DNA of 55,875 nt from Desulfurococcales archaeon (GTDB taxonomy: Archaea > Thermoproteota > Thermoprotei_A > Sulfolobales > NBVN01): NCBI GenBank assembly GCA_027083115.1, contig JALWQN010000084.1, forward strand, positions 1-55,875. Direction: 5' to 3'. The position numbers and the translations under genes are program-made. This document shows, piece after piece, positions 9,394 to 18,863 of this stretch. The notes beneath the pieces were generated by a model that was given only the letters and a program-made list of their open reading frames with translations, was not told the origin of the DNA and searched no databases. Position 1 is the first letter of the stretch, and each line of letters opens with the position of its first letter.

Positions 9394-11061
9394 TCACTCG
9401 CTTTCTTCCTTGCTTGGACCTTTCTTCTCGGGTTCCTTAACTCTTGATGCAGCAATCACGTCATCGATCCTCAGTATTAGGGTTGCTGCTTCAGTACCTG
9501 CCTTCAGTGCGTTAACCTTAACAGCTAGTGGCTCAATAACACCTAGTTCCTCCATGTTTTCTACCTTGCCCGTGAACACGTTAACTCCGTACTTGTGGCC
9601 GTCCTCTTGATTGTGTGCCTTCCTTAATTCAGAGAGCATGTCTATGGGGTCGAGACCAGCGTTCTCCACTAACGCAGATATGACTCCCTCTAAAGCCTTA
9701 GCGAATGCTTGAACAGCCAGTTGCTCTTTACCGCTTACCTTAGTTGCGTAATCCCTTATGTACTTAGCCACTTCTGCCTCGAAAGCTCCTCCCCCATACA
9801 CTACTTTAGGCTTCTTCAGCACGTCGGCAACGACGCTTAAGGCGTCCCTGAAGGATCTCTCGGCCTCATCAACCATTCTCTCTAGACCGCCTCTAATCAC
9901 TATGCTCACTGCTTTCGGGTCCTTAGTCCCCTCAATGAACACCATCTTGTCCTCTCCTACTTTTCTTTCCTCAACTATTTCTGCGTAGCCTAGGTCGTTC
10001 GCCATGATGTCGTCTATATTAGAGACTATTCTTCCTCCTGTTGCTCTTTCTAGTTTCTCCATGTCTGATCTCTTAACCCTCCTTACTGCCAGTATTCCTT
10101 TCTTCGCTAGGAAGTGCTGAGCCACATCATCAATACCCTTCTGACAAATAACCACGTTAGCACCAGTAGCAGCAATCTTATCAACCATCTCCTTAAGCAT
10201 CCTGGTTTCTTCATCTAGGAACATCTTTATTTGCTCTGGCGATGTAATGTTTATCTTAGCAGTTATTTCGGGCTTCTCTACCTCTAGTGGTGCGTCAATC
10301 AATGCTATCTTAGCCTTCTCAACCCTCTTAGGCATACCAGGATGAACAACCTCCTTATCAAGAACAATACCATAAATCAACTTAGTATCAGCTAATGAGG
10401 CCCCTTTCTTTTTCTCGATCTTTATGTTATCTAGCCTTACATTATAGGTTCCGTCGGGCTTCTTTTCAGCTGCCCGCAATGCTGCCTCAATACTCATGTT
10501 AATCATAGTATCAATTAAGTCAGGAGTAGCTAGATACTTGCTGGCTAGGGTTGAGTACACAACATTATATAATGATCTCTTAGTTTTCTCAAGGCCTTCC
10601 TCAGTAGTTATGTCACCTATATCAACCTTCTCACCTATTTCATCAAGTATCTTGAGAGCTTGATTCTGAGCCCTCTTAAAGCCTTCAATAATTACTGTTG
10701 GGTGAATGTTTTGGTCAAGAAGGGATTCCGCTTTATCGAGCAAGTCCCCAGCTAATACAACAACTGAGGTGGTTCCGTCGCCTACCTCAGCATCAACAGC
10801 CTTAGCAGACTCAACCAACAATTTAGCTGCTGGATGCTGTACCTCCATTTCCTTCACTATAGTTGCTCCATCATTAGTGACGGTAATATCTCCGAAAGAG
10901 TCAACCAACATTTTGTCAAGGCCTCTAGGGCCTAAACTAGTTCTTAGAACTTCAGCCAAAGCTCTAGCAGCAATAATATTGCTTCTTAAGGCTTCTCTTC
11001 CATAAGATCTCTTTGTCCCTTCCTTTAAAATAACTACAGGAACACCATAAACTCCTGCCAT
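9394..11061 (-). CDS. ths: Thermosome subunit (group II chaperonin)
   Basis: 555 aa. [21 protein letters not shown] and [12 protein letters not shown] signatures. GGTG-N6-ATG Shine-Dalgarno arrangement. Confidence 0.95.
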   Translation of the reverse strand: MAGVYGVPVVILKEGTKRSYGREALRSNIIAARALAEVLRTSLGPRGLDKMLVDSFGDITVTNDGATIVKEMEVQHPAAKLLVESAKAVDAEVGDGTTSVVVLAGDLLDKAESLLDQNIHPTVIIEGFKRAQNQALKILDEIGEKVDIGDITTEEGLEKTKRSLYNVVYSTLASKYLATPDLIDTMINMSIEAALRAAEKKPDGTYNVRLDNIKIEKKKGASLADTKLIYGIVLDKEVVHPGMPKRVEKAKIALIDAPLEVEKPEITAKINITSPEQIKMFLDEETRMLKEMVDKIAATGANVVICQKGIDDVAQHFLAKKGILAVRRVKRSDMEKLERATGGRIVSNIDDIMANDLGYAEIVEERKVGEDKMVFIEGTKDPKAVSIVIRGGLERMVDEAERSFRDALSVVADVLKKPKVVYGGGAFEAEVAKYIRDYATKVSGKEQLAVQAFAKALEGVISALVENAGLDPIDMLSELRKAHNQEDGHKYGVNVFTGKVENMEELGVIEPLAVKVNALKAGTEAATLILRIDDVIAASRVKEPEKKGPSKEESE

Positions 11062-11091
11062 TGCCTACACCATTAATTCATTAATGATGAC

Positions 11092-11108
11092 TTCTATATA
11101 AGCTTTTC
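11092..11108 (-). promoter_or_regulatory. Putative BRE/TATA element for the thermosome gene
   Basis: Minus strand reads GAAAAGCTTATATAGAAG about 35 nt upstream of the ATG at 11061. Confidence 0.35.
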
Positions 11109-11193
11109 TCATAACCTAAAACAAAAAGTTTATAAACTAACCTATGATGCAACACTATTTAATTCTTCCTGAACTATCTGGATTTAGGTTAGA

Positions 11194-11967
11194 ATGATGT
11201 CCGATGCTACCTGCAGGAAAATACAGCCTTTTTACCTAAGGAGATCCTCAGGAGAAAGGCTCTGTCAAAAAAGTTTAGAGAAGTCCTTAATCAAACATGT
11301 AAAGCGTAGTTTTCGGGAGATAAAGAAAGTTAAGCCGGGTTCAACCCTCTGTGTTTTTGTTCCACCAGGTAAGGTTCTGGAAGGAACCGCATTACACCTC
11401 ATGCTTTCATACATAGAAAGGAACTACGGCAGTTTCGTCGTTTCATTCTTCCCAAATTGTTCTAGAGAACCAAGGAATAAGATATTAAAAATCGCCTCAG
11501 GTTTAAGTAACTCAAGAGTTCTCTATTATGATAAAGAAGCAAGTGATTTTCATTCACTCCTCGAACTAATCGATTATTCTGTTAATGTTGCTGCTTTCTA
11601 TTGTAATAAAACAGAAAATAAATTACCTACATTACTTCCATTCACCTTAACAGATATCGTGGAGGGCTTCATTGATTTAATGATTCTCCAGAACAGCATT
11701 AATGGAATGGGCTCATTTAATAAGTTACTAAGTAATTTAAGGTACTTATTACCATTCAATGAAATCTTGCGTTCTGATATTCTTGCTTATGCATACAGTA
11801 AAGGATTTCTTGAGGCACTAGATTTATGCCCTGTTATTTTAGCTAATGGCGTGAGACAAATTAGCGATGTTGTTGCTGAATTGGAGCTTAAGCATAGTGA
11901 ACTACTGTATTCCACATTAAAGTCCGTTAATCAACTTATTAATGTAAGCAACAGACAATCTAGGTAA
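11194..11967 (+). CDS. Degenerate PP-loop (TtuA/NcsA/TilS-like) family protein, predicted to lack ATP binding
   Basis: Family-like blocks FTLTDIVEGFIDLMILQN, LLPFNEILRSDILAYAYSKGF and LCPV. At the position of the SGGxDS PP-loop the sequence is VFVPPGKVLEG. Confidence 0.4.
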   Translation: MMSDATCRKIQPFYLRRSSGERLCQKSLEKSLIKHVKRSFREIKKVKPGSTLCVFVPPGKVLEGTALHLMLSYIERNYGSFVVSFFPNCSREPRNKILKIASGLSNSRVLYYDKEASDFHSLLELIDYSVNVAAFYCNKTENKLPTLLPFTLTDIVEGFIDLMILQNSINGMGSFNKLLSNLRYLLPFNEILRSDILAYAYSKGFLEALDLCPVILANGVRQISDVVAELELKHSELLYSTLKSVNQLINVSNRQSR

Positions 11968-12016
11968 GCAATTATTTATTTATCACCACCTATAACTAAG
12001 TGTAGAGGTGCTTAAC

Positions 12017-12430
12017 TTGCCTTTAAGAGAAAACATAATAGACAGTAGGCTCTCAGGTAGAGAAATTCGTATAAAAGTCTTAGGTCAAGACCAAGAAATT
12101 AAAGGAATCATTGATGAAGTAGCTAGGTACGAAATCGGGTTAAGATCAGAAAATAAAGCTATTGTGGTGTTTAGGCACTCAATACTTTATGCCGTGGTTA
12201 ATTCTGCAGATCTCCACGGCTACAGTAATGAAAGGCTGAACGACACAGTAATAAATTCAGATATGATAGGCACTGAGTTAGAGCTGCATCTAATTAGCGG
12301 AGAATCAGTAAGTGGTAAGCTAATGAAGATCTCGAAGTATGAGCTGGGACTAACTAAAGGTGATGAAGGAGTTGTTATTCCTAAGTCAGGAATTGCTTAC
12401 GCAGTAATAGAGGAAAAAGAGAGCGAATAA
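12017..12430 (+). CDS. Tandem Sm/Hfq-like two-domain protein
   Basis: Two internally repeated ~55-aa units (GREIRIKVLGQDQEIKGIIDEVARYEIGLRSENKAIVVFRHSILYAVV and GTELELHLISGESVSGKLMKISKYELGLTKGDEGVVIPKSGIAYAVI). Start placed at TTG 12017 (GAGGTG-N6-TTG). The ORF-track GTG at 12008 is the SD itself. Confidence 0.55.
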   Translation: MPLRENIIDSRLSGREIRIKVLGQDQEIKGIIDEVARYEIGLRSENKAIVVFRHSILYAVVNSADLHGYSNERLNDTVINSDMIGTELELHLISGESVSGKLMKISKYELGLTKGDEGVVIPKSGIAYAVIEEKESE

Positions 12431-12432
12431 CT

Positions 12433-12771
12433 TCACTGACCCTCCTCCGAATCCCTCCTTAATCTAAACCTAATTAACTTGACCTCAGTGGATTCAGACA
12501 AGCCCCTATTCCCGTAGATCATCTTTAGGGTCTTAACTAACTCATCCCTATTACTAAAGCCATCCCTAAGAGCATCCTCATCAGTTAGTTCCCTTACTTT
12601 CTTTACCTCAACTTCCTTAATTTTTGCAGTGCCTAACCAAATTCCTCCTGCATACAACTCCACCTCATCGCCTGCCTTCAGGGAACTGGTCAACCTAACC
12701 GTAGAGGTTTTCTTACCGCTAATGATGTCTGCAGCATATTCCTTCTTAAATATTAGTCTTTTCCTCCCCAC
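12433..12771 (-). CDS. ASCH domain protein (PUA-like fold)
   Basis: 112 aa. FKKEYAADIISGKKTSTVRL...GDEVELYAGG...AKIKEVEVKKVRELTDEDALRDGF is the typical ASCH pattern. Confidence 0.65.
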   Translation of the reverse strand: MGRKRLIFKKEYAADIISGKKTSTVRLTSSLKAGDEVELYAGGIWLGTAKIKEVEVKKVRELTDEDALRDGFSNRDELVKTLKMIYGNRGLSESTEVKLIRFRLRRDSEEGQ

Positions 12772-12833
12772 AGCACCCGCACCCTCAGGGTTTTTAATTA
12801 AGTTCTTTATATTAGTTTCAAGAGGTCTCTAGA

Positions 12834-13511
12834 ATGCTTAAGGTTTTCAGGAAGTTACTGACGGCTGGTGAGGAGAACCTATTTAATAAGCTTGTGACCC
12901 ACACAGAACTCTCAGTTAAGTCGATGAAGATAGTTACCGAACTAATTAAGGGAGGGATATCCGGACCTGAAGTCGAGGCTTCCGTCCTAGAGGTAGTGAC
13001 GAACGAAAAAACAGGCGATAAAATTACTGCAGAACTAGTTAACTTAGTATCTAGGGGTGCAGTACCCTTACCTTTGCTTGGAGATATTGAGGCATTAATA
13101 GATAAAGTAGACGATATATTGGACCTAATTTACTTTTTGGCCACAGAATGCGGTAGAGCCTACAGAGCAGAACTTCATCAAAACGCTTACGTTAGAGAAA
13201 TGTATGAGGACTTCTATAAAACCGCAGTGATAGTTCTTAAGTCACTCGATTCCTTGAAGGAGGAATTGAAGATAGCGTTAAAAGATTTCGGCAAACTTCA
13301 ATCGTTAAATGATCGGATCGACGTATATGAGGATAAGGTAGATGAGCTGAAGAGCTCTATGCTTGATAAGCTATACAGCTTTAAGGGAGAGATTGACGCA
13401 ATTTCATTCAATCACCTTGTAGAGATGATTAGAAGCATGGACACAATTGTTGACTCCTGCGAGGATGCGTCACACCTCCTCATAAGGGTCATTAGTTCGA
13501 TGTTTTACTGA
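12834..13511 (+). CDS. DUF47 / PhoU-like Pit accessory protein
   Basis: 225-aa helical protein immediately upstream of a PiT-like permease, which is the usual DUF47-PiT pairing. GAGGT-N7-ATG. Confidence 0.6.
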   Translation: MLKVFRKLLTAGEENLFNKLVTHTELSVKSMKIVTELIKGGISGPEVEASVLEVVTNEKTGDKITAELVNLVSRGAVPLPLLGDIEALIDKVDDILDLIYFLATECGRAYRAELHQNAYVREMYEDFYKTAVIVLKSLDSLKEELKIALKDFGKLQSLNDRIDVYEDKVDELKSSMLDKLYSFKGEIDAISFNHLVEMIRSMDTIVDSCEDASHLLIRVISSMFY

Positions 13512-13527
13512 GTAACTAACTTAGTTC

Positions 13528-14466
13528 ATGCTGGTGAATGAATTGCTATATGCAGTGCTGGTTGAAGCCCTATATGCTGTAGTTGTTGCAGTGGCTGTAG
13601 GCAATAACATGGGCGTGATTGTTGGGCCTTCAGCAGGCTCTCGAATCCTTAAGGAAGGGGCCTTAACGGGTCTATCTATTGCTGGCTTAATAATCGGTTA
13701 TTTTCTTGAGGGTTGGAAGCTCAAGACAGCAACTAACTTAAGTCCCTACACCATCTTCGTGAGCTTTGTTCTTGCTTTGCTTATTTTGGCTTTATTAACT
13801 TTAGAAGGGTTTGTCACATCCATTACTCAAGTTTTTGTCGGGATTTATATTGGGTACTTAATTTACGCTGGCGAAACCTCAGAATACTCAGCAATAATCA
13901 ATATAGGGGTGTATTGGGTCATTACTTTCTCGCTTTCGGTCGCGATCTCTTACCTCTTCATGAGGAGCATAGGAGGAAAGAAAGGAAATGTATTAATCAC
14001 TAACTTACTTACCCTTAAGTTAGTAAGCATATCCTTAGTTTTTCTTACAGCCTATACCTTAGGTGCTAACACAATAGGGTTTATTGCTGGCTTTCTAAAT
14101 CCACTAACTAATTATGAGAACTTAATGCTCATTACAGTTACAGGCGTAATACTTGGCGTTTTCATGATTAAAGGGAGTAAAGGAATTAGTAAGTTAGGAA
14201 GTAGCTTTTATGGATTAAGATATACTAGCGCCATAGTACCCTATATTTCTACCTTATTACTAACTGAGATAGGAACACAGCTATCTGTTCCTTTACCGAT
14301 GTCGATATCCATATTCTCAGGAATCTTAGGTGTGGCTGCAGGCATGAAATTAAGGTTACTAAGCTCTAGGCAGGTTTTAGCCTACATAATTATTAGTTGG
14401 GTAATCCCCTTATTTTTAGCAATAGCTTTATCATACTTTACTTTCTGGGTTCTCAGTCTTGCCTAA
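13528..14466 (+). CDS. PiT-family inorganic phosphate transporter-like permease
   Basis: 312 aa and polytopic. Two pseudo-symmetric signature-like motifs, GNNMGVIVGPSAGS and GANTIGFIAG. Confidence 0.6.
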   Translation: MLVNELLYAVLVEALYAVVVAVAVGNNMGVIVGPSAGSRILKEGALTGLSIAGLIIGYFLEGWKLKTATNLSPYTIFVSFVLALLILALLTLEGFVTSITQVFVGIYIGYLIYAGETSEYSAIINIGVYWVITFSLSVAISYLFMRSIGGKKGNVLITNLLTLKLVSISLVFLTAYTLGANTIGFIAGFLNPLTNYENLMLITVTGVILGVFMIKGSKGISKLGSSFYGLRYTSAIVPYISTLLLTEIGTQLSVPLPMSISIFSGILGVAAGMKLRLLSSRQVLAYIIISWVIPLFLAIALSYFTFWVLSLA

Positions 14467-16476
14467 TGCCTTCATTCTCGAGACTCTGTATTGCTTAACT
14501 AAGTTCTCAAGCTTAGTTAGGTTCAGTCTATTTTTCTCTTCCTGCTTCCTCCTTAATTCATTAATTAACTCAGAAGCCTTATTGAGCTTCTCTAAGGCCC
14601 CACTATCAACGATATTGATGCAAGAACCAAAGCTCCACACCTTCCTAACTGTAGCCGTAGGTATCTGCTTCTCCCTCAGAAGATATTCAACAAAATCTTC
14701 TTTGCCTGGAGGCAACAACAAGAGAATTCCATTCTTTTTGATTTTTAAGTAAGCGTCTTCACTTAAGGTATTGGGATTGTCCAAATAATAAATGCTTCGC
14801 TTCAGTGACTCACTAGCGACGCAACCAGCCCTCAAAGACGGAATTAACCTAAGTTCGCCTAAAAGTATGCCCTCCAATAATTTGGCATAATCCCTTAATA
14901 GCTTCTCCTTTCTTTGATTCTCGGTCTCTAGCCTAAGTATATGTTGCTCAAGATTATTGAGACGTTGCAATAACTCCTTAACTTTTCTGTCTTTCATTAC
15001 CCGCTCATTAATTTCTGTGTTTATTTTAGCTATCTCGGTAGAGAGCTCCTTCACTCTCTCACTAAGGAGGGCCGCCTTCACTTTATAGATATCTCTTTCT
15101 TTAGTTACTTCGTCAAGTTTCTGTAGAAGGGCATTCTGAAGTTCCTCCACCTTTTCGTTCTTACCTTGAGCACCTCTGAGAGCTCCTGCAAAGGAATTGC
15201 TTGAATTCGCTAAAGAGCTCTCCCTTACGGCATCATTGATTATGTCCTCTATTATCGACGATAAAGACTCATCATAAAGTATTCTTGCCTTATATTCCTC
15301 TATAGACTTAAGACCAACAGGTAGATTCATAGAACGCACTTTCTTAACTAACTTCTTTAGTTTTTCTTCATAAACCCGGTACGCCTTCACAGCAGCTGAT
15401 AGAGCATCTCTTTCGTGAGTGTTTCTTACTGTAATCCCATGCTTCCTGCTGAAGTCAGCTGAAATTAACTCTTTTTCACCCGTTGTTAATGATCTCGAAG
15501 GGCAGTAGAGTTGTGCTTTCAGCATAGAGGCTAACTTCCTTACCATTTCTGGCGGGGGATTCTTATCTGTAGCCACAACCAACGGCTTCCCGAACTTCAC
15601 AAGCAGTGAAGCTATATCTTCTCGGTCCAGGGATTTCCCTGAAGTAATCAATATTGGTTTGCCCTCTAGGTCTAGAGCCACCAAACCTATCTTAATCCCT
15701 GGATCATAACCAACAACCAGGTGCTTAGATTGGGCTTTCCCGTAACTCATTGAGAAAATTTCTTTATTTATGACTGGACGTATTCTAACAGTAACGTCCT
15801 TGCCTTTGGCTTTCTTAATGAGGCCGTAGAGCTTATCTCTCGGAGAGTACACTATGAAGTATGCCTTATCAACTCCTCCCTTACTCCTCCTAATCATTAA
15901 ATCATAATCGATTCCAGCTTTATCTAACTCTTCCTTAATCCTTTTCACTGCCTGAGCAACAACGCTCCTAAGATTCCTCCTAAATTTATCTGAACGCGAT
16001 CCTCCAGCATACCCACTTCTACCAGCATAGACACTTATCTTGACCTTATCCTTGAATACCTTAAGCCTTTCGCCAATGCCTTGACCGGCTAGGAATGCAA
16101 GCATAACTGCTGTCTTAACAGCGTTCGGCTTTTCCTTACTTAAGGAAGCATCCATTCTGGAAGATAGTTCCTTAAGACTTACACCCTTTCTTCTCTCTAG
16201 CGTAACCTGAACGATTTCGGTATCAGGAGGAAGCAACCTCAGAATTTTTAATACGCCCTTTTTATTTCCTCCTAACTCCATAAGGTTATCTACCGCAAGA
16301 ATAGAAGGTCTGTTCTCCCATAACAACCTGATTAGCCTACCTAAAGAGCCCTCATCAACCCTCAGAACCCTACCATCCCTCACCAGGGCCAGAGCATACA
16401 CATAACTTGATAGATCGTTACCTCCGTTCTTAATTATATCAGCCCCCACCACTACCTTACTCTGATCAGACTTCAT
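14431..16476 (-). CDS. DUF460 / COG2433-type protein: RNase H-fold (RuvC/YqgF-like) nuclease domain plus a long coiled coil
   Basis: VVGYDPGIKIGLVALD ... VATDKNPPP ... HERDALSAAVKAY is an RNase H-like acidic-residue pattern, followed by about 150 aa of heptad-rich coiled coil. Start placed at ATG 16476 (GGAG-N6-ATG). The ORF track extends to 16518. Confidence 0.6.
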   Translation of the reverse strand: MKSDQSKVVVGADIIKNGGNDLSSYVYALALVRDGRVLRVDEGSLGRLIRLLWENRPSILAVDNLMELGGNKKGVLKILRLLPPDTEIVQVTLERRKGVSLKELSSRMDASLSKEKPNAVKTAVMLAFLAGQGIGERLKVFKDKVKISVYAGRSGYAGGSRSDKFRRNLRSVVAQAVKRIKEELDKAGIDYDLMIRRSKGGVDKAYFIVYSPRDKLYGLIKKAKGKDVTVRIRPVINKEIFSMSYGKAQSKHLVVGYDPGIKIGLVALDLEGKPILITSGKSLDREDIASLLVKFGKPLVVATDKNPPPEMVRKLASMLKAQLYCPSRSLTTGEKELISADFSRKHGITVRNTHERDALSAAVKAYRVYEEKLKKLVKKVRSMNLPVGLKSIEEYKARILYDESLSSIIEDIINDAVRESSLANSSNSFAGALRGAQGKNEKVEELQNALLQKLDEVTKERDIYKVKAALLSERVKELSTEIAKINTEINERVMKDRKVKELLQRLNNLEQHILRLETENQRKEKLLRDYAKLLEGILLGELRLIPSLRAGCVASESLKRSIYYLDNPNTLSEDAYLKIKKNGILLLLPPGKEDFVEYLLREKQIPTATVRKVWSFGSCINIVDSGALEKLNKASELINELRRKQEEKNRLNLTKLENLVKQYRVSRMKALGKTENPESKV

Positions 16477-17350
16477 CAATCTCTCCCTTGACGAAACGTA
16501 AGGCATCCCTGAAGTCAATAACTACACCGTAACGGCGCTTAAAGAAGTTAATGAGGTACTTAATGTCTCTTTCAAGCAATGACGCATGACAAGGGTCATC
16601 AACATAAAGGTATTGTGGCCAATCAATAATATAGGGCTTTTCTTCATTACCTTGCTTACTGACGATAATATTATACTCACTTAAGTCACCATGAACTACC
16701 TTCACTTTAATATAAGCAACCCTAAGAACATTCAGGATCTTTCTCAGAATACCTAAGGGGTCTGACGGAGAAAAATATTTTTGAAGCTCTATACCCACGA
16801 TATATTCCATTACAACAGCATGATGGCTGCGCCCGAAGACTTTAGGTACGTAATCGGTGTATTCAGAAAGAATCCTTAACGCATTAAACTCCCTTTCAGC
16901 TGCAGTAATGGACCTAACCATCCAGTTCATCTTATCAACCAAGTAGCTTCGGCGACGCAAAACTTTCTGGAAACTTGTTCTGCCTATTCTGTAGAACTTT
17001 ATGGCTACAGAATTGCCTTCCAATGTTACTGCGTTATATATGTCGCTTTCCTTTCCTGTGCCTATTTGGGTACCTATAGCAGATATTATGCCTTTAAGCA
17101 TCATTGAGTGAATAGCTAATAGATCAAGACCTAAAAAAGTTATTTTATATGAGGAACCCCGACCCTTAATTAAGGCATTTATCTTCCCTAACCTCAGAAT
17201 AGATCGTCCTAGCTTTTTTGGAGGGACCTTGACCTTCTTTTCCAGTATTTCTAAAGGAACGTATTCGTACTTGCTAATTAATGAAGCCATTGCCTTAAGC
17301 ACTAAGAACTCATCCATCCCTAAAGTCCTGTAGAGTTTACTTAAATCCAA
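16466..17350 (-). CDS. rio2: RIO-type serine/threonine protein kinase Rio2
   Basis: N-terminal winged helix (LVLKAMASLISKYEYVPLEILEKK) followed by a RIO kinase domain (IGTGKESDIYNA, VAIKFYRIGRTSF, HGDLSEYNIIV, IDWPQ). Confidence 0.85.
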   Translation of the reverse strand: MDLSKLYRTLGMDEFLVLKAMASLISKYEYVPLEILEKKVKVPPKKLGRSILRLGKINALIKGRGSSYKITFLGLDLLAIHSMMLKGIISAIGTQIGTGKESDIYNAVTLEGNSVAIKFYRIGRTSFQKVLRRRSYLVDKMNWMVRSITAAEREFNALRILSEYTDYVPKVFGRSHHAVVMEYIVGIELQKYFSPSDPLGILRKILNVLRVAYIKVKVVHGDLSEYNIIVSKQGNEEKPYIIDWPQYLYVDDPCHASLLERDIKYLINFFKRRYGVVIDFRDALRFVKGEIDEV

Positions 17351-17384
17351 ACTTATCCTTTAGTATATTATGAATTAAGCCTAA

Positions 17385-17448
17385 AAAATCAGCCACCGAC
17401 CCTTCATCACTGAACGAGCTCAGTCCCGGGTTTCACTCATCATTTCAC
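17385..17448 (-). ncRNA. C/D box sRNA (2'-O-methylation guide)
   Basis: Minus strand: GAA-ATGATGA(C)-GTGAAACCCGGGA-CTGA(D')-GCTCGTTCA-GTGATGA(C')-AGGGTCGGTGG-CTGA(D)-TTTTTT. All four boxes are canonical, guides are 11-13 nt, and a T-tract follows. Lies in the metK-rio2 gap. Confidence 0.8.
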
Positions 17449-17485
17449 AGTTGTTAATTTCTAGGCCATAATGGATGATATACTG

Positions 17486-18712
17486 CTAGAAAAGCATGAC
17501 TTTTCCTCCCAGTATATCATCCGTTAATTTAACGATTTTAGATATTTCATCATTAATAATTTCCTCAACCTCAGACTTCACTGCAGAAAACTCTTGAGGC
17601 CCGTCCGTAAGTATTTTTGCAACAGCAACTTGAGGTTGGTCTATTGGGGCACCAATCCTAGAAAGTATTTCCACATAAACTTCATTAACTTTAGGTTCTT
17701 CCTCAATTATTTTGTTTGCTATTTTCTGAGCTAACACGTTATATAGCTTTCCTACATGACTAACAGGATTCTTTCCTGCAGTAGCTTCAAGACTCATGGG
17801 TCTTAAAGGGGTTATTAAGCCATTAGCTCTATTTCCCCTGCCTGTCATTCCGTCATCACCATGTTCTGCAGAAGTCCCTGTAACCGTTAGGTAGGCAATA
17901 CCTTTGTCAGGGTTGTCTGCAGCATTTACTATAGCCTCCACCTCATACTCAGGAGCTATTTCACTAGCCAAATCCAGTATCTTGTTATGCACTTCCTCCT
18001 TAACAGATAGATAATGATCCATGTCCTTAACTAGCATAGATATCATTGCGGCAGCCACAGTTAACTTAATCTTCTTATCGCTCCTTAAACCCATAACCTT
18101 AACGTCCTCGCCAACTTCAGGATATTTCTCCTTAAACTCCCTAGAGTTAAGGTATCTCTCCGTATTGAGAACCAGTCGCTCCAGCTTAGAGAGGGGCGCA
18201 AAGCTAACACCAAAGCTTGTGTCATTAGCTAACGGAGTGCTTGCCTCCCCTAACTCAAAAACACCCACTAAGTCTTGACTTCCACTCCTAACTAAGTAAT
18301 CAATTTTGACATGCCGGTCAGGATCAAGAAACCTTAGGTTCTTCTTAATCCATTCCTTAACCGCACCGACTATTAGAGTCCCTATAGGTACTCTATCCAG
18401 GGTCCCGTCCTTCATGAACACATATTCAGTAGCTCTACCAGAAACTATAATAGTTATTGGATGAAGGAGTTCACCACCACCAAAGTAGGGCTTGGCCTGA
18501 CCACCCACTAACAGTACCTTATCTAAGTTATGATGAAGTATGTGACCATAATTCCTTCTATAATATTTCGATAAAGCCACACTCGAAACTTCTGAGGCTG
18601 AGTCAGCAATGTAATCAGGATGACCGACACCCTTTCTTTCCACTAACTCAACAGTTTGCTTCTCTACAGGGGTCCAGCTAATGAATTCCACCTGTATGTT
18701 GCGATTCATCAT
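17486..18712 (-). CDS. metK: Archaeal-type S-adenosylmethionine synthetase
   Basis: 408 aa. N-terminal [18 protein letters not shown] motif of archaeal MAT. GGTA-N7-ATG. Confidence 0.9.
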   Translation of the reverse strand: MMNRNIQVEFISWTPVEKQTVELVERKGVGHPDYIADSASEVSSVALSKYYRRNYGHILHHNLDKVLLVGGQAKPYFGGGELLHPITIIVSGRATEYVFMKDGTLDRVPIGTLIVGAVKEWIKKNLRFLDPDRHVKIDYLVRSGSQDLVGVFELGEASTPLANDTSFGVSFAPLSKLERLVLNTERYLNSREFKEKYPEVGEDVKVMGLRSDKKIKLTVAAAMISMLVKDMDHYLSVKEEVHNKILDLASEIAPEYEVEAIVNAADNPDKGIAYLTVTGTSAEHGDDGMTGRGNRANGLITPLRPMSLEATAGKNPVSHVGKLYNVLAQKIANKIIEEEPKVNEVYVEILSRIGAPIDQPQVAVAKILTDGPQEFSAVKSEVEEIINDEISKIVKLTDDILGGKVMLF

Positions 18713-18863
18713 TTTTCAGTACCTAAGATGAGGGGGGCTCTCTTAAATTAAGTTTTTTTATTCGATTTAATGCCTAACTTAATTTGGATACTGCCCTCCA
18801 CAAAACCGGAAAGTTATCTAAATCATGCAGTAGTAGCGACAAAGCTGTCGAGATTCTTGAACA

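Noticed and set aside
11083-11175. C-box-like AATGATGA and TATGATGC followed by CTGA in the thermosome upstream region, considered as a possible third C/D sRNA
   Set aside because: The box spacing is wrong: about 53 nt between the C-like boxes, an 18-nt guide and no D' box. The segment is better explained as two divergent BRE/TATA promoters (GAAAAGCTTATATAG on the minus strand and AAAGTTTATAAACT on the plus strand).
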